Source of the DNA: a virus
IMG/VR virus record: IMGVR_UViG_3300008255_000003
Location: 1-64,000 of that record
DNA: 64,000 nt
Strand: one strand, 5' to 3'
In this document: positions 58,185-64,000 of the stretch, in pieces
How the letters are laid out: each line of letters begins with the position of its first letter
Position numbering within the stretch: position 1 is the first letter of the stretch
Position numbers and translations under genes: made by a program
The notes under the pieces: generated by a model
Database searches by the model: none
What the model saw: the letters and a program-made list of their open reading frames with translations, nothing else
What the model was told of the DNA's origin: nothing

Positions 58185-58474
58185 GGATTGAAGTGTCAAA
58201 GTTTATACCTGTCATTGAATGGAAGACTCGCGAGGTGTGCATCCACGACGACATGATCGTCAACTGCACCACAGATCGTGACATCCCAATGATCAACATC
58301 GCGCAGGTAGGATCGCTAAAGCCAGACCTTCACCGATGGGCTTGTAAGCGAGACAGTGTGAGGTTAGAGCTTGCCAAGCATGGTGTGACCAATCTGAGCG
58401 GCATGACCGAGCTTAACGAGAAGCTGATGCGCCGCATTGCATGGAAGGATATGCAAGATTATATCGACCATTGA
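58181..58474 (+). CDS. Hypothetical protein
   Basis: GTGA overlap. Confidence 0.55.
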   Translation: MRIEVSKFIPVIEWKTREVCIHDDMIVNCTTDRDIPMINIAQVGSLKPDLHRWACKRDSVRLELAKHGVTNLSGMTELNEKLMRRIAWKDMQDYIDH

Positions 58475-58550
58475 CGCCTCACGCGCCAATGGTCGAGTGT
58501 TTTGGTTGTGAGACATGCAACGGTTGCGTGTCTCTATTTTGGAGAACATT

Positions 58551-59408
58551 ATGCACATTGAAGTTGACGTTATTGACGTTGGACGACTTGCGCCCGCCAA
58601 GTTTCATACTTTGAAGCAGTGGGTTGTTATCACGACTGAGCCCGCCGCTGGTAAAACGTCATTACTCAAGATGATGGCGTTTGGCCTATATGATTCAGTG
58701 ACGCAGCCTTCAAAGGCGCTTGATGGCTGCGTCACTGAGGTGTCTTGGACGCCTGAATCTTTGATGGCTCAGCGCTACAACGTCAGTCGTGGTCGAAGCT
58801 CGGCTAGATACTATGGCCTGACTGATGGTGATGTGCGCATCGGCATTGGATCATATAGGGCTTTGGATCGTGGTAGCGCTTTGCTATCGAACCTGCCCTT
58901 TAGGTTGGGGGTAAGTCACCTCGTAGACGAAGGCACCAGGGCTGCTGATGATTACGCTAGTTTGATGTTTAGGGCGCTCTGGCTTCAGCGCTTTTCTGAG
59001 CTTGAGACTGGGGTTAAATCTGACGTCTTGAGCCTGATGTTTGAGATGGTGTTTGGTCTTGCTGATATAGGTTGGGATCTTGGCGGGTTAGATGTCAACT
59101 CCCAAGGCATTACCTTGGGCGGCATAAGTAAGCGTTCTCACTCTACTTCTGAGTCGTCAATCCTGATGATCCTCGGGATGCTGGCCTTTACCGCTATTGA
59201 CAAGAAAGCTTGTGACGTTAGTGGTGTTGTTCTTATTGACGATGCGTTTAAGGACTTTACACCAACTCAGTCGATGGCACTGGTGAGCTGCCTGGGTAAA
59301 ATGTTCCCTGGGTTGACTTTCATCGCGACGGCAATACGCGACACCGACCTTCAGGCTGCTCTTGGTGAGTCTGGCGTTTGTGACTTGGTTTACTTGGAGT
59401 CGTTATGA
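58551..59408 (+). CDS. Degenerate ABC-type (AAA_21-like) ATPase
   Basis: PAAGKTSLLK, SHSTSE at the signature position, VVLIDDA, L...FPGLTFIATA; GGAG RBS, ATG 58551. Confidence 0.6.
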   Translation: MHIEVDVIDVGRLAPAKFHTLKQWVVITTEPAAGKTSLLKMMAFGLYDSVTQPSKALDGCVTEVSWTPESLMAQRYNVSRGRSSARYYGLTDGDVRIGIGSYRALDRGSALLSNLPFRLGVSHLVDEGTRAADDYASLMFRALWLQRFSELETGVKSDVLSLMFEMVFGLADIGWDLGGLDVNSQGITLGGISKRSHSTSESSILMILGMLAFTAIDKKACDVSGVVLIDDAFKDFTPTQSMALVSCLGKMFPGLTFIATAIRDTDLQAALGESGVCDLVYLESL

Positions 59409-60046
59409 GCAAGAATCGAAGGCTTCCACGCATACGGTTTTCGGACACGCACCCCAAGAAACAGGCCGAATATCTCTTGGCTCATGACAGGTATTATGAC
59501 GCCATCAAGGCCTGTTATGGCATTAAGGGTGAAGCAGAGCGATCTTTGATGATGCGCACCATTGCTAAGAAGCGCGATGAGGTGGAAAGCTTCTTACTCA
59601 ACGGGCGCTCAATGCCAGCCTTCGGTGGAACGGAGAAGCAGAACGCATGGTGCGAGAACATATTTTTAGACACCTTGCTTTGGCTTAGGGCTTGGCGTCA
59701 CTGGGCCTTAAACGCAGACATCAGGCACGGGCGCGTTAGCTCTGACTTTAGGCGTCAAAACATGCTGGAGTTGGCTGACATTTTCGAGCTTGAGAACGCC
59801 TTGGCTTGGATTGAGGTGGTTGACGTCCTTATCCCCATGACGGTGCATGGCCCTTACACCTTCAAAGAGCATCCAGACCGTTCAGACGTTCCTGGCGAGA
59901 TCGACGTTAGCCTTTATGCCCACCATGAAGAGCTGGCCTTTGAGAGCATCTCTGGATTCTTGAAGGCTCGTGAGAGTGTCTTTCTGTATGGTCATCCATA
60001 CGGCTTTAAAAAATATTACTTAATAAGTATTGACATTAAAGCTTGA
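59405..60046 (+). CDS. Hypothetical protein
   Basis: ATGA overlap; contains a GTEKQNAW motif. Confidence 0.65.
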   Translation: MSKNRRLPRIRFSDTHPKKQAEYLLAHDRYYDAIKACYGIKGEAERSLMMRTIAKKRDEVESFLLNGRSMPAFGGTEKQNAWCENIFLDTLLWLRAWRHWALNADIRHGRVSSDFRRQNMLELADIFELENALAWIEVVDVLIPMTVHGPYTFKEHPDRSDVPGEIDVSLYAHHEELAFESISGFLKARESVFLYGHPYGFKKYYLISIDIKA

Positions 60047-60057
60047 GCGATCATAAT
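60030..60057 (+). promoter_or_regulatory. Sigma70-like promoter with a dyad at the expected start site
   Basis: TTGACA-N16-CATAAT, dyad at 60064-60080. Confidence 0.65.
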
Positions 60058-60100
60058 GCAACCCATGCAACGGTTGCATCCATAACTGATAAGGGGCTTT

Positions 60101-60343
60101 ATGAAGATCGCAACATGGAACGCTCATGCTTACGAGTTCCGCGCGCTTGACGCGCTAGGTTTGCCCTACAAGAGGGTCGGATACGCTGGTCTTTGCGTCA
60201 GCGATCACGCGATCGCTGGCATATACGGGGCGACGCCAGATATGCTCTGGGCGGACTCCAAGGATGAATATGAAAGATTGATGAAAGGTTTGACAAGGCT
60301 CAAAAATAACCTAGCCCGCGTAGACCGCTCGGAGCAGGCTTAA
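60101..60343 (+). CDS. Small hypothetical protein
   Basis: AGGGG RBS. Confidence 0.6.
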   Translation: MKIATWNAHAYEFRALDALGLPYKRVGYAGLCVSDHAIAGIYGATPDMLWADSKDEYERLMKGLTRLKNNLARVDRSEQA

Positions 60344-60399
60344 TCTCAATTACATAAAGAGCCCAGCCTAATGTAGGGCGGGGCTAATTTGGAGGCTCT

Positions 60400-60966
60400 A
60401 TGACAACGCAAGTTATGTTCGACGCAATGGCGGAATATGAGGATTATGAGACGCTTAACGAGGCTGGTCAGTTTGGGATCAGCGTGGAGCTTGGATGTCT
60501 CGAAGGCCTGATGGCCTTCGAGCTTCTGCGCAAGCTCTATCATCATGGGGCGACTGTCTTTGATCGTCTAGCGCTCGCGGCGATCCACACTGACCGCTTC
60601 ACCGATCGCGGCAATGCGGCGATCATTGAGGACTATTTTGCTTGGCTCAACACTGAGTGGCAGGAGGTCTGCGAGGAGAGTGGCTTTGCCTACGCCCCAG
60701 TGTGGCCAGAATATGATGGAAAAACCTTAAGTCATGTGACGGGCTCGGGGCAGACAACGTTCGAGCTTCTTCTGCATGAGGGCAGGGGCTCAACACTAAC
60801 AGTCACTAGGCTTGAGGACTTCGACATCGAAGACACGCGCGGCGAGTTGATCAGGAGTGTCATTAGGATGTTCGAGGGCTCGCGCTACGCGGCAATGCAG
60901 GTTATCGCAAGCCTAAGTTCGGATGAGTCGCGCGAGATACTCGCGCAGTACATCGCGACGGCCTAG
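60400..60966 (+). CDS. Acidic hypothetical protein
   Basis: GGAGG RBS. Confidence 0.65.
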   Translation: MTTQVMFDAMAEYEDYETLNEAGQFGISVELGCLEGLMAFELLRKLYHHGATVFDRLALAAIHTDRFTDRGNAAIIEDYFAWLNTEWQEVCEESGFAYAPVWPEYDGKTLSHVTGSGQTTFELLLHEGRGSTLTVTRLEDFDIEDTRGELIRSVIRMFEGSRYAAMQVIASLSSDESREILAQYIATA

Positions 60967-60991
60967 CATCACAAGCCTCCTATGATACAGT

Positions 60992-61028
60992 AAGCCAGAC
61001 ATGCAACGGTTGCGTGTCTGGCTTTTTT
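60992..61028 (+). terminator. Terminator-like hairpin built on a dyad copy
   Basis: AAGCCAGACATGCAAC-G-GTTGCGTGTCTGGCTT followed by a T-run. Confidence 0.6.
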
Positions 61029-61042
61029 TATGGAGGTAGCAA

Positions 61043-62161
61043 GTGGACGATATTCGAGAGCTTACGTCTTACAATAAAGCGCGCTGGAGCAAGGTGCAGA
61101 CGCAGCAGATTCAAGCGGCTGTTGGCGCCGAACCTGATGGCGTATGGGGCCCTCAGACCATCAGCAAAGTGATGATTTGGCAGAAGTCCAATAAGCTTGT
61201 GGCTGATGGAAAGGTTGGGCCTGCAACTTACGCCAAGATCCTGTCAGTGACTAGCAGCCCCAAGGACAAGATCGTCATCCAGTTCAGCGATGATGCCCTA
61301 GCGCAGATCATGGGGCCTACGATTCAGACTGAGGCTGGCTACACGGGCAACCCTTATACGGCATCTAACCTTGATGCTGAGTTCAAGGGTTGGTTTGATC
61401 ATCCCAGGAGGCACCCCGTCACTAATGAGCGCTTAAACCCTGCTGAGCGAGCAGCGGTGAGGCGTGATAGGACGCTTAACCCATCTGACGGCAAAGGTGG
61501 ATACAAGTACACCGCCTTTTGGGCAAGCATGTATGCTAACGATGGTATGATCCGAAGCGACTCAGATCCTGGCACTCATATCGGGCGATCGGAGGGGATG
61601 ATCCAGTTCGCCCAGTCGCCAGGCAGCCTTGGTGCATACAATGAGGCTGCGCAGAAACTCAACCCTGATGAGTTTGCTCGGATCATGGGGCCTTGTTGGC
61701 GTGAGCTTGTGAAGGTCACTACGGCGCCATCTGGAAAGCCTAAGCTGGTTAAGTCGCTCAGTAATGGTCTTCGCAATGGCAAGGTCCACCCTGTTGACGG
61801 TCATGATCTTTGGGAAGGGCCTTGGAATGAGCGTTATGACGAGCTTGGTGACACTGAGTTCGGAAAGCAAGCGCAGCGCCTAGGCGCTAAAGATGGATAC
61901 CTTCTGCCAGCCTTGTCAATCTGCCGTGGTTACGGGTGGTCGAGTGAGGTTGAGATCTCGGTGGTGTTCGATATGTGTGTCCAGTTTGGTCCCGGTAGTG
62001 ACAGCAGGGGTGCCAGGAAGTACCTCAAGCAAGCCAAGGCTAAATATGGTGAGGATGCTGGTATCATCCAGTGCTTGAACATCCTTAGCAGCGGTCATAG
62101 GGATAGGCGACTTAAGGTAGCTTCGCTCGCAAGGGCCAATGTCTTCTATGAATGGCAATAA
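61043..62161 (+). CDS. Endolysin-like protein: N-terminal peptidoglycan-binding domain plus lysozyme-like catalytic domain
   Basis: IQAAVG..PDGVWGPQT...WQ....LVADGKVGPAT; TEAG, SEGMIQFAQ..GSLG, FDMCVQFG. Confidence 0.75.
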   Translation: MDDIRELTSYNKARWSKVQTQQIQAAVGAEPDGVWGPQTISKVMIWQKSNKLVADGKVGPATYAKILSVTSSPKDKIVIQFSDDALAQIMGPTIQTEAGYTGNPYTASNLDAEFKGWFDHPRRHPVTNERLNPAERAAVRRDRTLNPSDGKGGYKYTAFWASMYANDGMIRSDSDPGTHIGRSEGMIQFAQSPGSLGAYNEAAQKLNPDEFARIMGPCWRELVKVTTAPSGKPKLVKSLSNGLRNGKVHPVDGHDLWEGPWNERYDELGDTEFGKQAQRLGAKDGYLLPALSICRGYGWSSEVEISVVFDMCVQFGPGSDSRGARKYLKQAKAKYGEDAGIIQCLNILSSGHRDRRLKVASLARANVFYEWQ

Positions 62162-62182
62162 CCAACACTCAAAGGCAATTCC

Positions 62183-63787
62183 ATGACCCTGCTTTTACAT
62201 AAGGCTCTCTTTGGCGTTGCCGCTGGTGGCGCCCCAGAGCCACCAGGCCCATCAGTGCCAGCCATTGTGTCTGCACCAAACTGGCTGGCCTTCTACAATG
62301 CTGAATGGGAGTCTGCACCACCAGAGTCGTTAGTGTCGGTGGCCCAAAATGAAGGCATCCTCGATAATGAGAAGATGTCAGTGATGACTGACTGGAGTGG
62401 CAACGGGCACCATGCAAGTCGTCAAAACTTTGAGGGTGTGAGGTGGCAATCGTCTGGCTATAACGCCAAGCCAACATTCAGGCTTCACACAAGCACAGCT
62501 AGTAATGCTGGCTATACAGTGCCAACAGCGCCAGCATTCAATCCTACTGGGATCTCCACGGTTGTCATTGCTGCTTGGGACAGGGCGTCTACTGGCAATA
62601 ACAATTATATCTACGTCTACAAGAGAGATCTCAGCTCATTTGGAGTTGGGATAAGAAGGGGCGCTACGGACCGCACGCAGATCTACAGCGACACATTTAG
62701 CACCAGCGTGCTAGATGAGCCTTGGGCCTTTAGCAATGCTGAAGCCAGGATGCGACTAATCTTCGTAGAGGTTGACAGGACAGCCGCCACCGAGGTGATC
62801 AGGTATTGGTCCAACGGCATCCCTTCAGGTCAGTTCAGCGCACCAAGGCCTAGTGGTACATTCTCGCACGCGCAGCTCTTTGCGTTACCTGGGGGATCTA
62901 CGCCTTTATATGGTGACGACGTGGGCTTCATAGGGGTGATAGACTCAGCCCTTGATCAATCTCAGCGCGATGTGATCTCGTCATACTTCACCGCGACTTA
63001 TGGTGAAGTGGCTTGGCGTGACAACTGGAGTATCACTGAGGCGCCTAGCAGCACTGAGCTTTATCATATCGGTTGGGAGTCCAACCCGCTTCTTGCACCT
63101 GCCGCATATAGATCAAGGGCTCAAAACTCCGCGATCCTCAACTTGGCCACCATGCCTAGGTTGACGGGCTGGATCGGCGGCAATCACTTGGATCAACCCA
63201 TTTCATCCAAACGAGCCCAATATCAGTCGGCGGCAATCAACTCTAAGCCTGGTGCTGTTTTTGATAGGATTGACGATGCTTACGCATCTCTTAGTGTCAT
63301 GACGCTAGGTGTGAATCAAGGCATTGTCAGTGTAGCCAAGCCTGTCAACACCACAGTCCAGATCTTGCTTGAGCATGGTCCTAACTCGTCTGCCACTGAC
63401 GGCTCAAGGCTTGTGGCTGTTGAGCCTGCCCGTGTTGAGTTTGTCTATGCCAATAAGGATACAACCCCCGGTGGTGAAGTTAGGCTTAGGAGTACATGGG
63501 CTGACGGCACCGTGAAGCTCGTTTCCATGCAAAGTCATCCGACACCTGCCAATGCAGTGTTTAATATCGATCTAGTAAGTAGCGTTACATCATCAAGCAA
63601 CACGGCCACGCTTACAGGCTCGACGACTGATGCTCTCTTTGTAGGATCTCGCTTGGCTGGTGCAACCGCTCCGTTTGGTGGACCATTAGGGATATTGTGG
63701 ATTGCTAATAATCCACCGAGGGCTGAGGTGCGAGTTGTGGAGTTCTGGGCGCAAGATCAATATGAGTTAAACCTTCAACCTTTCTAA
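62183..63787 (+). CDS. Virion protein with two LamG/concanavalin-like domains
   Basis: W.AFY.A...DWSGNG.HA...N.KP.F repeated as LY..G...Q.....N.KPG..FD..DD. Confidence 0.6.
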   Translation: MTLLLHKALFGVAAGGAPEPPGPSVPAIVSAPNWLAFYNAEWESAPPESLVSVAQNEGILDNEKMSVMTDWSGNGHHASRQNFEGVRWQSSGYNAKPTFRLHTSTASNAGYTVPTAPAFNPTGISTVVIAAWDRASTGNNNYIYVYKRDLSSFGVGIRRGATDRTQIYSDTFSTSVLDEPWAFSNAEARMRLIFVEVDRTAATEVIRYWSNGIPSGQFSAPRPSGTFSHAQLFALPGGSTPLYGDDVGFIGVIDSALDQSQRDVISSYFTATYGEVAWRDNWSITEAPSSTELYHIGWESNPLLAPAAYRSRAQNSAILNLATMPRLTGWIGGNHLDQPISSKRAQYQSAAINSKPGAVFDRIDDAYASLSVMTLGVNQGIVSVAKPVNTTVQILLEHGPNSSATDGSRLVAVEPARVEFVYANKDTTPGGEVRLRSTWADGTVKLVSMQSHPTPANAVFNIDLVSSVTSSSNTATLTGSTTDALFVGSRLAGATAPFGGPLGILWIANNPPRAEVRVVEFWAQDQYELNLQPF

Positions 63788-63796
63788 GGTGAGAAA

Positions 63797-64000
63797 ATGA
63801 GTGATCAAATCTTCTTCTGCGTAAAGGGCGGTCAGCGTGACTATGCTCACCATGCCGTCAATCAAGCTGTTCACTCTGGCGCGCTGACTGCGACCGCCCA
63901 TTGCGGCGCACTCGCTGACGGTCCTGTAACTCACTGGTATGGTGGAGCTATTGCGACGAAGCGCTTTCTGCCGTTCGCTGAGCTAATCATGACCGCGATG
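63797..64000 (+). CDS. Partial ORF running off the window
   Basis: AGGTGAG RBS; 68 open codons MSDQIFFCVKGG... Confidence 0.6.
   Translation, partial: MSDQIFFCVKGGQRDYAHHAVNQAVHSGALTATAHCGALADGPVTHWYGGAIATKRFLPFAELIMTAM

Larger units (their letters stand above)
3713..61016. repeat. Dispersed 17-bp dyad, consensus CRYGCAAC(C/G)GTTGCRYG, at least 28 copies
   Basis: 17-mers start at 3713, 6229, 9760, 14016, 14726, 17203, 18728, 23624, 25022 (ACAAC variant), 27748, 29599, 32203, 33112, 35013, 38137, 41160, 43566, 44301, 45852, 47675, 47936, 49300, 52541 (central A), 53442, 55802, 58514, 60064, 61000. 26 carry the exact core GCAACSGTTGC. 26 lie between or at gene boundaries, 2 inside CDSs. Confidence 0.97.

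Noticed and set aside
9774-58515. ORF-track starts reading MQPLH / MQRL / MQVL / MSLKL
   Set aside because: These starts come from ATG/GTG inside the dyad (e.g. 9774, 33122, 38152, 58515); better RBS-backed starts lie downstream.
3713-61016. Dyads as integron attC sites (AAC...GTT resembles RYYYAAC/GTTRRRY)
   Set aside because: Only 1 bp separates the halves, there are no L boxes or extrahelical bases, the core mismatches the consensus, and no integron integrase is visible.
1657-62477. Numerous 60-160-aa antisense or alternate-frame ORFs overlapping long genes
   Set aside because: No RBS or recognisable motifs; consistent with shadow ORFs.
1-64000. Visually frequent CTTAAG/AAGCTT hexamers
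   Set aside because: Plausibly explained by preferred CTT (Leu) and AAG (Lys) codons; mostly intragenic; not counted.
1-64000. Bacterial chromosome, prophage or eCIS locus rather than phage
   Set aside because: rpoD and nrdJ are embedded among dense small hypothetical ORFs and virion genes with no housekeeping operons, integrase or att site. Lifestyle cannot be determined from this window.

Overview
This window reads as part of a large (jumbo-type) contractile-tailed dsDNA phage genome, about 50% GC by eye. No tRNA, rRNA, CRISPR array, integrase or transposase was recognised. Layout: baseplate and tail-fibre module (0.8-9.7 kb), a tube-initiator gene, many small accessory ORFs, an AAA+ ATPase, an XRE-HTH protein, two DNA methyltransferase-like genes, an RlpA-like transglycosylase, a full-length RpoD-type sigma factor, a class II ribonucleotide reductase (nrdJ), an endolysin-like gene and a LamG-like virion protein. 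The RpoD sequence resembles my recollection of deltaproteobacterial/Myxococcota homologues, which hints at the host (inference). Four things are not explained by these annotations. (1) At least 28 copies of a dyad, CRYGCAAC(C/G)GTTGCRYG, punctuate gene boundaries. (2) Thirteen ORFs share an N-terminal leader, L/I-x-L/I-I/V-E-S-Y-hydrophobic-x-E, resembling a capsid-targeting, protease-cleaved propeptide; five of them form a paralogous enzyme-like family bracketed by the dyad. (3) A roughly 550-nt, stem-rich, apparently non-coding unit has its own promoter and terminator (12.08-12.67 kb). (4) An origin-like region (43.5-44.4 kb) has a strand-composition switch, iteron-like heptamers and a 21-bp tandem repeat. 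All protein assignments come from motif recognition by eye; no database search was run.
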